This document shows positions 1 to 12,160 of a stretch of DNA of 64,000 nt, one piece after another; within the stretch, counting starts at the first letter, position 1; each line of letters opens with the position of its first letter. This DNA is from Raillietiella orientalis. Its lineage: Eukaryota. Location of the stretch: positions 1,178,001 to 1,242,000 of the forward strand of contig JAYWIR010000007.1 in the NCBI GenBank assembly GCA_036172245.1, in the 5' to 3' direction. Under the pieces are notes generated by a model that was given only the letters and a program-made list of their open reading frames with translations, was not told the DNA's origin and made no database searches. The position numbers were made by a program, and so were the translations under genes.

Positions 1-502
1 TGTTGACAGATATCATGAAGCTGTTCTGTTGACACATGTAATTGTCCTCAACTTTCGTTTCATACTTGTTAATTGTGTAATCTTAAAAAAAAAAATAGCA
101 GCAAGCTTCAAATAAAAAAAACTCATACCCAGGCACAGTGATGATTCAACCACTTGTTATTGACTACTCATTTTATCCATTTTATTGGTTATGGTACTTA
201 ATCATCAAAGAGTCAAAAGAAACCTTTTATCATTAGAATTATATGTGCAAGAACTAGGTTGTAATTTCAAGGATTCTTGGATTTGTTCCAGACCACTTTT
301 TGTTCCTCTTTTGAATATAATTATATCTTTTGCATCATAGCTTCTCATTATGAAAAGCATATGAGAGAGGAAGTGGTAATGGTATATGAGAGAGGAAAAT
401 CTTACTGTTAGTAATTGTTTCACTGTTCAACCAGTTAGTCCATGATGCCGAGAATGTGTTTCGGCTATTGTTATGTAAGAGATACAGATTTTTACAAGTT
501 CC

Positions 503-693
503 TAGACAAAGGGAACAGAAGATCTAGGGGAGGGCTCCCCGACACGCAGGTCGGTCACACCGAAACTCCGGAACGGGAAGGAGGGGACCACAGATAGATA
601 TATAAAAAATATAAAAAAAATAAATATGGGGAGGGGGGTTGGGGATAGGGGTCTTTTGGTTGAGCCGTTCTTCCCTTTCAGTGTTGGATGCCG
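503..693 (-). mobile_element. Fragment of LINE family A 3' UTR
   Basis: Aligns directly by eye with 9863-10055 (ccccgacacgcaggtcggt...ccggaacggga...ggggaccaca...tataaaaaat...gccgttc...ttcag...ggatgccgg). Confidence 0.8.
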
Positions 694-696
694 GGC

Positions 697-1092
697 AACT
701 GCTCTGCTTGGGCCCGAACACATTCCAAAAGAGCTGCTGCGGTGCCTGCTCATGCAGGACAGCCTTCCTCCCCCTTTCCTGTGTAGCCTCAGGGGTATCG
801 CGTTGTCCAGGAACACCGAGGAAGAGGGACGCGTTTCCGGATGCCTCAGCTCCTCAATCGTGAGGATCATGGCAACACGGCCTCTGAAGGTTGCCAGAGT
901 CGATGAGGACGCCGTCTGCACCCGGCGGGCGTGACCGGTGACCTTTGTTCCTCCCTCCCTTTTATTTCTCTATTTATTGTCCTTTTCCCTATGCCATCTA
1001 TGTCCCCCGGAATAGCTGAGCTGCGAGGCTGTGGTTTTCTTTTTCCCTCCTCTGGATCTAGGAAAGACCAGTGGATTTCATAATCCACATTG
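697..1092 (+). mobile_element. LINE family B 3' end (end of ORF2 plus 3' UTR)
   Basis: Diverged direct repeat of 17468-17849; both copies end at ...GTGGATTTCATAATSCACATTG. Confidence 0.75.
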
Positions 1093-1519
1093 CCTGTTTT
1101 TTATTTTCCAAGCGAAGGACAGAAGGACACGCAGGGTTCGCAGCCTTCCCTCCTGACCCACGAATACGATGCGTCTCACATGTGCCGAAGACGGTCGTGT
1201 TTTTGTATGCTCCAGATCGGAAAGGCCGCTTCTGTTTACTCCTCTGAAGAGAACCCCGAAGGATCGCTTCCGAAATTCAGAAGGGTGCTCTCCGAAGGGA
1301 TCGGATCGCTTCTGTGCACTCTCTGGAGAGGTGGCGACACACCAACTCCATCAGTACGAAGCGGAGGGTCCGCTCCCTCACAACCTGAGGGGAAGAACCC
1401 CCTCTCCTTGGTTCCTGGAGGGACCCGGTGGTCGACTCCAATTGTCCTGGCCCTCATTGGGGGCATCCGGTTTCAACAAGAATGAATGTAGGCCAACCAG
1501 CGTTTGCAGTTATCTTGCG

Positions 1520-1628
1520 GGAGGAACTCGAACCCACGACGCACTGCGTCGATTCTTTCGGAGGATTCGAACCCGCGACGCATGGCACGACGCGCGGAGA
1601 CCACCGTAACCACGCGGCCTCCGACGCG
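1520..1628 (-). mobile_element. tRNA-derived SINE-like head (Pol III A and B boxes, duplicated B box)
   Basis: On -: A-box-like GGCCGCGTGGTTA (1619-1607), B box GGTTCGAATCC (1573-1563), and a second B-box-like GGTTCGAGTTCC (1534-1523). No complete cloverleaf could be folded. Confidence 0.4.
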
Positions 1629-2399
1629 GGCAAACACCAACTTCATCCATTTTCGAAGAGTGCACGGATGATCGAAGATGTGGAAGAAGCCATCTTGGCT
1701 CTTCCTGTTCACCAGGAAGCTCGGCAACCTTCCAAGACTGTTCGCTTCAAAGGTTCTCGAAGGTTCCGCTCGCCCATATTTCCGTAACGCATCTTCGTTC
1801 GAAAGCACCCTTTGACCCGAGGAAAGGGCGTTTCCATTCCGCCCGGATGCATTGGTCGCCGTCGGCGAGGTGGCCGCGGCTGCTGGCCTGAGCGGCAGTG
1901 CGGAAGCAGTAGCTCATGCTCCTCCAGCCTTCGTAACGACGAGAGCGAACTGCTGCGAACGGCTCAACGATGCACACGTTTCAGGCGCACACCGAGCACG
2001 CACTTCTTCTGCATCCTTGGTGCGTGTAGAAGAAGCTCTCCAGAAGGCCGGCGAAGAAAGAGAGCAAATGTGACGTAAGGAATCGCACTGTTTCTCCCTT
2101 GGTGGTGCTTTCCTCTTTACGCGAGGACGGGCGCTGAGCAACGAGCACGCGCCTTCTTGGCGGTACTTCGCACACGCGGCGTATCGCTCACCCACAGTCT
2201 TGCATGCGACCGAAACGCGTTTCCGGATGCGGCAACCGGCCTTAGTAACCGTCGGAAAAAGAAAAAACATTTGGCCAAACGAACACCTGCCGTCTTCCTC
2301 CGGTGAAAAGAGAGCAACGTGGAGAAAACTCGCCTGTTCTGTGGACTGGAAGCAAGCGCGGCCTGGTTAAGGCCTGGTTCGGCCGAAAGAAGGGAAGCG

Positions 2400-5300
2400 A
2401 TGCGCGCATGCACCGCCGCGCACAGTAACTTTCGCAGAAGGATCGGAAGTGTCCACCCTCGGGCCCGCCGAGGGCCCTCGTTTCGCACCCAATTGCGAAA
2501 GAACGAAGCGTTCGCGTTGAACTCCAACTTCAGATATCGGCGGCCGTACAGCACGCGTAGCAGCGGCGGACTACCAGACAGGAAGCGGGCCATGAGCAGC
2601 CGCGCGGTCGGGTTCCTGGGGGGGGGGGGGCGACACGGTAGCATCTACACCTGCGAATTGATGACCGCGGTTTCCTAGATGGACCGACGGTTCCGACACT
2701 CCATAAGCCCGCGTGTCGTCGACGTCATCGTAGTGTAGAAGGTAAGCACGTAGGCGTGCCTCCCGCTTTCTAATCTTTTGGCGATTTCTTCCCCAGGAGT
2801 AGGAGTGGAAGCCGGAGGGCGAATCCGGCAAGGAGGAGCATGCATGCGGGGCACCGCGGGGGAGGTGTCCCAGGAAACTCTTTCAATAAGAGCTCCCTTT
2901 GCAGCATGGCTCCCATCGGCTCCGTTCTTCGGGATTTCAGTGGCCACGCTTCTCGGCCTTTTGGCTAAGATCAATATGCAGAATAGGAAGCAGATAGACA
3001 GCCTGCAATGTGCAGGCGTCCAGCAGCAGAGTCTGCGTATCCGCAGTTTTCCGCATGAGGTCGTCGATTGATTTTCAGTGAAGGATGTGGTCGATGGAAT
3101 TGTGCCTCGCTTGTAGCCACACGTTCCTGGGATTTTACGGGTTTTCTGTTGATTTCTTGGCGAGTCCTCCGTCGGGCGCCACTGGACAGGACGGGGATCT
3201 TTCAACAGTTGAAATCACCCTCGTCGCTGCACGCTGTACACGTGTGGTGGAGGCGTGGATGCTGCGCGGATGGCAATGCAGTCCCCTCGCTCATCGTTCG
3301 TTCCTTCTGTGAGGACCGCGAAATTCGAAACCCCATGATCGGGCTGGGCGACGGAGAGCACGGTTTCGCTCGTCACGAAGTTCGTCTCCGCCTTCGTCTT
3401 TTCTGGCGTGGGCGTACACTCGTCGCCAGTCCTGCAATATGAATCTGTGGCCCCTTTCGTAGGTTCCTCGATGAATACACAACATGTTGATGGTCCGTTA
3501 GATGCGTCTTCTTTCTTTCCTGGGTCCCGAAATCCATTGATTTTTCAGGCAGCGATTTTCACTTTTGCAGCCACGGAGGAGGTCGTTCGGATTTTCCGGG
3601 AGTCCCTGCACTCCCTCCGAGGTGAACAGCTTTGTCTCGTAGTTTCAGCGAGGCGTTGTTCCCAGACGTCGCTTTCGGTTTCCAGTTGTCCGTGCCATCT
3701 GTTACGGGGTTGTCTCGGTTTTCAGTCCCGATGGACACCTTTCGCGGAAGCAGCGGCGTGGACCTTGTCTCACTTTATGCGTATTATACGTCGTAAGCGT
3801 TGGACCAACACCAGCGATCCTTATCCCGCTGTACCGGCGCTTCACCTCCAAACGATGTTCCCAGCACAGTACCCAATGGAGGATGACTGCCCGTACGGAA
3901 GAGAGTGGGCGCTTCCCATTTTCACGTTTCTTACATCATGCAGCGGTCGCACTTCGTTGCTTCCACCTGTCGTTCGCATTCTTTCACTCTTAGCAGTGTC
4001 TTCCTCAGCACGGCGAACTTTGGGTGCGCTTCGTGCTTTCGCTCTTGCTCTTCGCTTCCGAGAATTCCGCTGCTGTGGAGGCGGTCCTCTCTGGCAGAAC
4101 CTTCTTCTTCCTTCTGCTGCATCTCCTCGGCGACGGCGGGAAAAGTGAAGATCTTGCACCAGTTGGCACACCTCCGGTACTGCCATGATCATCTCTGTGT
4201 GATCCGTGAAAGCATTGCAGACCTTGATTGGGTAACAAGGGTAGGTAGAAGGGAACATATCCGTAAAGTTTTATTTTCAGTAGAGCACAGCTCCTGCAAA
4301 AGCTGTGAAAGAAACGATGGATGTAGCCCAGTTGTTCGCTGATCGTGTCCTGGAAGAATGGAAAGCAAAGTTACTCTTGGGGACAAGGGAAAAACCAAAA
4401 AGTTGCTTGTTGTTTTTAGGGATCATCATGTCTCGTTGTGGTATTAGCAGAGTTGAACACTTTTGTGGAAACACATCTTACAAGAGGTCCCAGTTGGAAC
4501 TCAAAAGGTGGCAGCGTTATTGAGCACGTAGCGCCACCCCCACCTCCACCCTTCAGGACCTCTCTCTACTCTGCCACATCCCCATCAGCTGATACAGCTG
4601 CACTGTTTGCAGATGTGGATCGAGGCGAAAGGTACGCTCTTCAATGATCTCACAGCTCTTTGATTGTCGTTTGCTATGACTGCGGCATATCACTGATGAC
4701 ATGGGAGCAGTGAAGTCACCCACTCCCCATCGAGAAGCAGCTTGCCAAGTGTTTTTCACGATGCGATGGCATGAACAAATTTTTCGCAAATCCTCAGCCA
4801 GTTTTATGCGTGCTTATTTTCACTTCCCTCGGGAATTTTCCTACTCGAATGCGTGAAGGCTCGCACACCACGTTGCTGCGCATCCTGGTGGAGATGTTGC
4901 ACGGTCCCGCCTGTCGACCACAACGTGACGTGTAAGGAACTGTCTATGTGTTTTCCGTGCACGTTCACCGGCGCTAAGCTTTTTTTTTTTTTGTTGGAAT
5001 CGTGACCTGAGTGTACCTGCACTGAATATAGAGGATAAATGCCTTTCCTGCATCTACAAGAATGTAAATTTTGCAGTCGTCTAACCTCACCACCCCCTTC
5101 CTGGAAAAGTTTTCTTTTTCCTTTTTTTTCTTTTCCAAAAAAAAAAAGGAAAGAGAATCCGGGAGGAGTCCACGGAGTCAGAGAAAGGTGGTGCGTGCGT
5201 CATAATGGCAGACATAGTGAAGGCATTACAGTTTATGGTATGCGAAATGCACCGCAACGTAATCATTTTTTGGTTCCTGCTGGAAGGAATAGAGGTAGGG

Positions 5301-8000
5301 CTGGCCCTTGGTGCCTTCAACATACACCGTGTCAAGGAAATTCCCGGCAGTAGACGGAGCTTCGCAGGAATCATATCGGCGTTCTCACCGAATGGCAAAC
5401 AAATCGGTACTTACGGCATCTTCTAGCCCAAGAGTTTTCTTGCACCTTTGTAGTGATTTGACGACCTCGTTAGCCCTCGTTGATCCCACGTTTGCAGCAA
5501 AATTGCCTGCTGACGCTCGCCCGAGTGTTTCCCCTGGAAGTGCACATTTCGGTGGTCGTTCTTCAAACGGAAGACTCCTTGGGGCGGCGTTCGAAAGCAA
5601 AAAAAGGAAAAAAGAAAGTTTTGCAACAATCGCCCGCTGGGTCGTTTCCACGAAGCCCTTCGAGCAGGGCTGCACTTGCCACGCCCCACCCGCCCCTCTT
5701 TCTCTTCGGAAAGGTGTTCCTCCTGTCCGTGCTCCTCTCTTCCGATCCGTTTTCCGCCCGCCTAGAATGGCATTCCTAGCCGCGTCAGGCAGCTTCCAGG
5801 CTCAAAGATGGGTGCAGACTCTCCACGTGAAGTTGCTCTGATTTCGCTCCTATTCGATTCCGGGTTTGGTTTAATCTGAAAAGTATCGCATTTCCAAGTT
5901 TTTTTTTTTTTTTTTTTTTTTTTTCGGTTCTTCATTGGCTTAAAATTTTCGTGATTTTTTGAAGCTTCACTGCCCATCTCTTTTTATCGAAAAGCTTCCA
6001 AATGTCGGTACGCACAGTGATCCGTTTGTCGAAGTGCTCTTTCGAGTGGCCGTTTTCAAAGACAAACGCGCTGTTCAGGCCGCAGGGGAAAATTGCTCCT
6101 CCCTTTGCAGCCTGGTCACGCGCTGCAAGATCGTGTGTTGGGTGCATCCATTTTCTGCAAGCAGCATACTGCATCGGAACTCTTTAACACTTCGAACTTG
6201 CAAAGTCCCTTGACGCCTTGGGAATGCTCCGATGGCCACGGGGCATGAACAAGGCACACGTGGCTGCTTCATTGAAAGCGCTCAGCGGCAAACACGTTAA
6301 GTGCGTGCAACTACAAGATGTCCAAATTCGCGCCTTTCTGATATATGCAGTCGTCACACCTTCCCGCAGGCTATCCAAACCGAAATGCGAGGAGGCATCA
6401 ATCCGTGATGTCTTCCGCGCGATTTGATTGCTATTCTGCTTCTCCATTTCTGTCCTTCGAATCTTTGCTGCATCCTTCCTCCGATCGTTACCTCATCCGC
6501 GTTCAGGAAGCCATTTCAACTGCTTGGCTGTGCATATTTCAGGTATTCCTCCAACTCATCCTAAAAGTGTAGAAGCATTGGAATGGCGTGCACGATAAGT
6601 ACGTAGGAATGGGAAGCAATTGCACCATTTCCCAAGTTCTCTCAGCCTTGCTGAATTTCCATCACACAGTTTCGTTCCCCATTTTCATCACGTTCTGTGC
6701 TGAACTTTTAGCCTCAACCGATTCGCAGTACTGCAGGGCGTCGTCCCTATCTTCTCTTGTTGACAACGTTTCGCTGAGCAGCAAGCAGCACGGACACCAG
6801 AGATGCAATCACCGGTTTCGTTCTCCCTGCAAATTCCGGTCTTGTCATTGCAGAAGTGCTCGTTTGCAACGGGGAACAGTTTGCGTTCCTCCAGGGGAAG
6901 TCTCGACGAGCAGGAAACATCACCCCACAGGGAAACAAAACCTTCTCTCCATGTGAGAGACCCCAGAGCGGCCGCGACCTTTCTTCTACGCACACTCAAG
7001 TATTTCGGTGAACCCTTCCCTTGGTGGCACTGTGCAAATTCTGTTTCCTGGGAACCACTGTCCCCTTTTCGTGCTTTTTCCTCCTGCTGGAAGCGCGATT
7101 CTCGAACAGGAATGAAGTCGGCAGTTTCAAGCCTTCTCGAGGAAAGGCAGCACACTTGAAGAAGGCGGAAGCTAAAAGAAAACATCTAAAGATAACGATC
7201 TGTAGAGTCTCTCACAGTCAACGCCCATTGCATAGGTTTGCATATCTTCCTGATCATAGCATCGCTTTCGCATTCATCGCGTGGAAACGAATTTCAACGG
7301 GATTTCCTGTGGAAGCCTTGGACCCCCCCCCCCCCTTCCATGAAATTGCATGATTTTCATTTTGCTTCCCAGAAGTACAACAACAAGCTGCGATGATCTT
7401 CTTACCTTGCTCTCCTCCCGTTGTCCTCGGGGACCTCTGGAGAGCCTCAATTCCTTTGGCAATGTCAGGAGGTAAGAAGATTTTCCACGTTGGGCCTTTC
7501 ACATACCTGACGCGTCTCACGGAAAGCACGCCGAGCATCCCCCGCAATATCCCCACTCGAGTGCGTTCTGATTTCCCTGAACAGTTTCCCACTCCTCCGA
7601 GTTCCATCCCTGTTAATGCGCTCCGAAAGCTTCGCTGCTCTCGGACCACCAATACCAACAAAGGTGCTCTTTCGAATTGCGAATTCGAGTACAGGATTTT
7701 AGCACCAACACCGAAAGCACGTGTCACCCGCTCGGCACGCGCAATGGGACTTTTCAACGAAGAAACCGTCAGAGTGTTGAGAGTGCGTGATCTTTGCTTT
7801 CTCTGTTGCGTGGCTACCCTTCCTGCAGACGGCATCACATCAAGTAAATTGGCAACTCGTACGTTGAAACCAACGCAATTTGGGAACGGGAAACGGATGA
7901 CGTAGTTTTCTTGTGTTGGAATTTTCATTCACAACAAGAAGATTGTGGGAGAGGAACGATGCATGCTGCCTGGACAGCTTCGCGTCGCAACAGGACTCGT
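2400..8000 (-). mobile_element. Highly decayed non-LTR retrotransposon debris (weak ORF1-like and RT-like traces)
   Basis: Scattered weak motifs only: LRICSLLPTL (resembling YRPISLL) near 4250, RVSWDT near 2880, and the ORF1-like 224-aa ORF 7928-7254. Boundaries and the number of elements are uncertain. Confidence 0.3.
5899..5924. repeat. Poly(T) run, possibly a - strand poly(A) tail remnant
   Basis: About 26 consecutive T bases. Confidence 0.85.
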
Positions 8001-9519
8001 GCAGCGTTTTCTTCGAGAGTCGCCTCCCCCTTCTGCCACGTGACGCTGTCCGGCCGACATCCCCGCTAGCGGCTCTCTGCTGCGTAGGCGGGATTGTAGC
8101 TGCTTGGATCGAAGCAAGAAGAGGACCGAGAGAGAGAGATGCCTTCCACTTCGCTGTTTGTGTTACGAAGATGGCAACATGATGGCCTCACTTGGAAAGC
8201 AACACAAGAAAGGCAACACAAGTGCTTGGCGGCATCCTCCAAAGGATGCAGAGGGCTGCTTCCAGCAGGACACTATCCTTTCTTGCATCCTCTTTTCTGA
8301 AATTCTTCTAATTCATTTTTATTTTTGTGTCTTTTTTTCTTTTTTGTATTCGCTTCTTCCTCACTGCTGCTGCGGAGGACCTCACCGGTTTGCGTACCGG
8401 TAGCACAGCGGTTTTGTTCTGATACGTGGACGCGGTTGGACGAAGGATCCAACCACAAAGATTGTAAAAGTTTATTTTTATATGAAATATACGCCACAGT
8501 GCACCCGGGTGATGATCCAGGTTCGCCTCCGTCTTCCCAAAGTCCCACGGGAATGTCGCCTGTTGCGGCTTTGGCAATGCCGGAGCTAAAATGGTCGACG
8601 CATCTGGAAAACCCGGTAGAATGACCCCTAGAACGCGTTCGCCTTTGCACCACGGCCTTCTTTTCCCCATTTTCCTTTTTGCAGTTGCCTCTTGCAAGCG
8701 CCGTCTTTTGGTTCGAGAGCGCCTCCGCAGCTGCTCCGGCTATTCTTGGAAGCGCGCCTCCTTCTCTGCTTTCCCTTGCTGTTGCAGCCGACGTTCCAGA
8801 TTCCGACGTTGCTCTTCGTGCAATCATCGAATCCTGTATTTCCTGCCTGTTTCAGTGAATCGTCGGAAAGACAGCCCACTGCTTGCAAGCCGACCGTCTG
8901 CGCGTTTCACTGCCAGTCCTTCTCATCCTTATTTTCCTTTTTTGCAATGTATACCATCGCCTCCTGCTCCTCCACTTGTTGTCCTGAAGAAGCAACCACC
9001 CCGAACACCAGACTGTGCACCTGCGGCTTCTGTTTTGCTCACTGATCTCGGTCATTGCTTTCGTCTTCCTACCCTTCTTCCTTGCCAGGAACTCCTGTGC
9101 GTCCTTTTCCGCATCCTCTGGCAAGGCGAATGACGCCTGTAGCACCTGTGTTTGCTTGCGCCGCTGCTGCTCTTCTTCCTGCTTCTGGTTCTTGTCTTGC
9201 ACTTAAAACTCCATTACCTTTGCCTGCTACTCCTGGTGAAACTCCTCTGCGTTCATCTTTAGAACGCCGTCTTAAAGGAGGAACACCGTTTTCCACAGCA
9301 CCTGCAGTTCCCTCACCTTTTTTCCAGACTTATCGTCTGCCATTTGGTCCGCCTCCCGCTTCTACGGAATTCGTGAGGCGATGCCGGTTCAAATGCATGA
9401 ATACAACAGCAGAAGTTAATAAGCAGGAAGTGCCTTTGCTTGCAGGCGTGACGCGTCACCGCGACGCAAAACGTCTGCGCCGCAAACGACAGCGAGGCGC
9501 CGGAGACCACTGCCCACCC

Positions 9520-9825
9520 TCAGCGTCATCGAGCAGCACGAAGTCCTCCACGTGGAACAACTTCGTTGCCCCTCTCCTTCGCCTGCTCCTTTTTGTTTGT
9601 CCGACCCTCTACTCGGCCAAGCTCCAGGCGCGACGCCGGTTGAAAAACGCTCTGTGGGGCCCTGCGAGGTCCAAAATCCGCCTCAAGGACTTGGCGGCTC
9701 CGGGATGCCGGCTTGGTCATCCTGACGTTCGACAGGATTTCCCAAGTGCAAGTGCATCTCCAGATGCTGGCACTACGTGCCAAGCTATGGACGACTTCCT
9801 GGCGTGCTCCTGCGCGTCTGCTGCT
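9520..9825 (+). mobile_element. L1/Tx1-like LINE family A, left part of the interrupted host copy
   Basis: Encodes TWNNFVAPLLRLLLFVCPTLYSAKLQARRRLKNALWGPARSKIRLKDL, homologous to 11050-11290 on -. The left boundary is approximate. Confidence 0.75.
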
Positions 9826-11372
9826 TCCCACTCGGGTGCGCCGGGGCGTTTATTGCTAAACTTGGACAAAGGACACAGAAAAAACGAAGGGGAGGATCCC
9901 CGACACGCAGGTCGGTAAACCGGAAGTCCGGAACGGGAGAGAGGGGACCACAAATACACATATAAAAAATAGAAATAAAGATATGGGGAGGTGAGGGGAC
10001 AGGGGTCTTTGATTTGGGCCGTTCCTTTCCTTCAGAACTGGCTATGGATGCCGGTGATCTCGCTCCTAACGCCCTCTGGAAGATGGGCCCACTCGGCAGC
10101 CGACGTCATGTTCTCGCCGGCTATTCCGGTGGCCTGGCGACGAATCGACAGCTTCTCCAGCTCTCGGTGGGCCTTGTCGATGGCGCTGGTGCAACAGACC
10201 GTTGCGATGACAGCACCTAAGGACAGGCCGCCTGGCGTGAAGAAGCGGCACATCAAGTCTCTTGCGGTGTCCCCCTGGTGCTGGAGAGCTGAGACCAGTC
10301 TCCGCCACAGTCCTTGGAGGACACCGCAGTCCAAGAGCAGGTGCGGGAGCGTCTCCACTTCCCCGCACCGTTTACAGTTCGGGGACACAACTCCCCCGGA
10401 AACACGGTTCGTCCGCTGGTTGGAGTGAAAACCCCAATGCACCAGCATGATGACGTCCTGTTTCCAGCTCAAAGGAAACACATAAGTGTTCAAACAGGAG
10501 GGAGGGACCACAAGTTCTTCGGGGGGCACACTCAAAAGTTCGCTCCACCGAAGGAGTCCCTTCGCAACGTTGCTAGGCGTGGCGGCGTCTGAGAGCTCGC
10601 TAGTCCTCCAGCCGCCCATGGGTCGGGTTGCTCCTGCGATAGTGCAGGCGACCTCCCACCTCGTCGGCAGACAGCTGTCATCACTTGCCCTGAGGGCTGA
10701 CAGCGCGTCGGCGAGGGGAGTGACGGCCAGGCGAGTCCACTTCTCCTGGCTGTTCCAGACCTCATCCACCGTACAGTACGGAGAGAGGTTGGCGTAACAG
10801 AGTTCCAAGAGGGAAACATCCTGTCGCTTTGCCCAGGCATGCAACGATTCCTGCCGCCAGGCGTTAAAGTTCTTTGGGCGACAGGAGATTCATGTGTGGG
10901 CCACCAGGAGCCGGTAAAGCGGTTTCAAGGGGAAACCGAAGCTTCTCGTGGCGCGCTCCGTATGTGGCCGGAGCGACAGAAGTCCTTCGCTGCCGGTGCA
11001 GCGCCGCAGTAGCAGGCGCGCGGGAGCACACCATGGAGCGGACCAGAAGTTGGTGCACAGGGCCAACATTCGTAACTGCACCTGCAGCTCGATTCTCCCT
11101 AGCGTCAGGATGCCCAAGCCGGCATCCCGATGCGGAGCCTCCAAGTCTTTGAGGCGGATCCTGGACCTCGAGGATCCTCACAGAGCATTCCTCAACAGGC
11201 TTTGCTCCTGGAGCTTGGCCGAGTAGGAAGGCATACAAACAAAAAACAGGGAGCGCAAGAGGGGGGCAACGAAGGTGTTCCATATGGTGGCCCGCTCCGG
11301 CAAGAGGAACCTGCCAAGGTGGAACGGGTTTAAAGCACTCGTAGCCTTCCGAAGGCAGCGACCACGCTTCCA
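9826..11372 (-). mobile_element. 5'-truncated L1/Tx1-like non-LTR retrotransposon (family A), ORF2 C-terminal part plus 3' UTR
   Basis: Post-RT motifs IWNTFVAPLLRSLFFVC...ALxG...IRLKDL...GLGIL; 270-aa open stretch 10844-10032 with the C-terminal CCHC finger CKRCGEVETLPHLLLDC; AATAAA on - at 9849-9854; flanked by the direct repeat CTGCGCGTCTGCTGCT at 9810-9825 and 11373-11388. Confidence 0.85.
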
Positions 11373-12160
11373 CTGCGCGTCTGCTGCTGCGGCGCTGCAC
11401 CGGAGGGGAAGGACTGCTTTCGTTGCTGCCGCATTCCCAGTGCGCCACCAGAAGGTTCGGCTTCCCGCTGAGGCAGTCTCGCCTCGCTCCTGGAAGCCCA
11501 TCCTGGGATCTCCTGCCGCCCAACGAACTTCAACGCCTGGATGCAGGAGGCGCTATCGTTTGGAGCATCAGGAAGTGTCGCTAATCGAACTTCGTTGCGG
11601 GCACCTTTCCATACTGTGTCCAGTGGAGGATGCGTTGCAGGACCAGGGCAAGTCCGCCACGGCCTGGCCTCCACGCCCCTGGCCGGAGCCCAAAGGGCAG
11701 GGGAACACCGCCATCGACATCATGCGCCACTTCTTCATTCGTGGTGGCCTCTCTTTAGGTGCGGTCATCGTAACCATCTGTTGCATCCGCGCCATCCTCA
11801 GGCCCACCGGCAGTTGGAGTTGCGGGCGGTTGCTAAAGAGGTGACCTCAATAGCCGACGTCGACATGTGGACGGCTGACGGAAGAAGTGAGGAAGGGGAT
11901 CTCCGGCATCAAACGCCAGTTCTGAAAGGAAGGAACGGCCGAAGCCAAAGTCCCCTGTCCCTTACCCTTCTATATACATATTTTGTATTTTTTATGTATC
12001 TGTGTGGTCCCCTCCCTTCCGTTCCGGACTTTCGGTGTGTCCGACCTGAGCGTCGGGGAGCCCTCTTCATCGAACTTCTTTTCCCATTGTGCCTTGGTTT
12101 CCCTCTTCCCGGATGGTTCGTTCGTGTTTTGGAATAAATTCCCTGGCGCAACCGGGTGGC
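11373..12160 (+). mobile_element. L1/Tx1-like LINE family A, right part (3' end) of the interrupted host copy
   Basis: 11373-11470 is an inverted homologue of 10930-11030. Encodes QGNTAIDIMRHFFIRGGLSLGAVIVTICC, versus QGDTARDLMCRFFTPGGLSLGAVIATVCC in the nested copy. The 3' UTR at 11900-12090 is homologous to 9863-10060 (-); AATAAA at 12133-12138. Confidence 0.78.

Noticed and set aside
359..397. Short direct repeats (ATATGAGAGAGGAA x2; also TGTTGACA x2 at 1-34 and AAATCATGGAA x2 near 29015-29042) as a CRISPR-like array
   Set aside because: Only two units each, very short spacers, no cas genes and a eukaryotic context.
1243..1280. CTGAAGA...CGAAA as a hammerhead ribozyme core
   Set aside because: Stem II pairs poorly and stems I and III could not be formed; other CTGATGA sites (about 4693, 22603, 48032) also lack the required stems.
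1555..1628. Functional tRNA gene
   Set aside because: A and B boxes are present, but no convincing acceptor or anticodon stems form; kept only as a SINE-like head.
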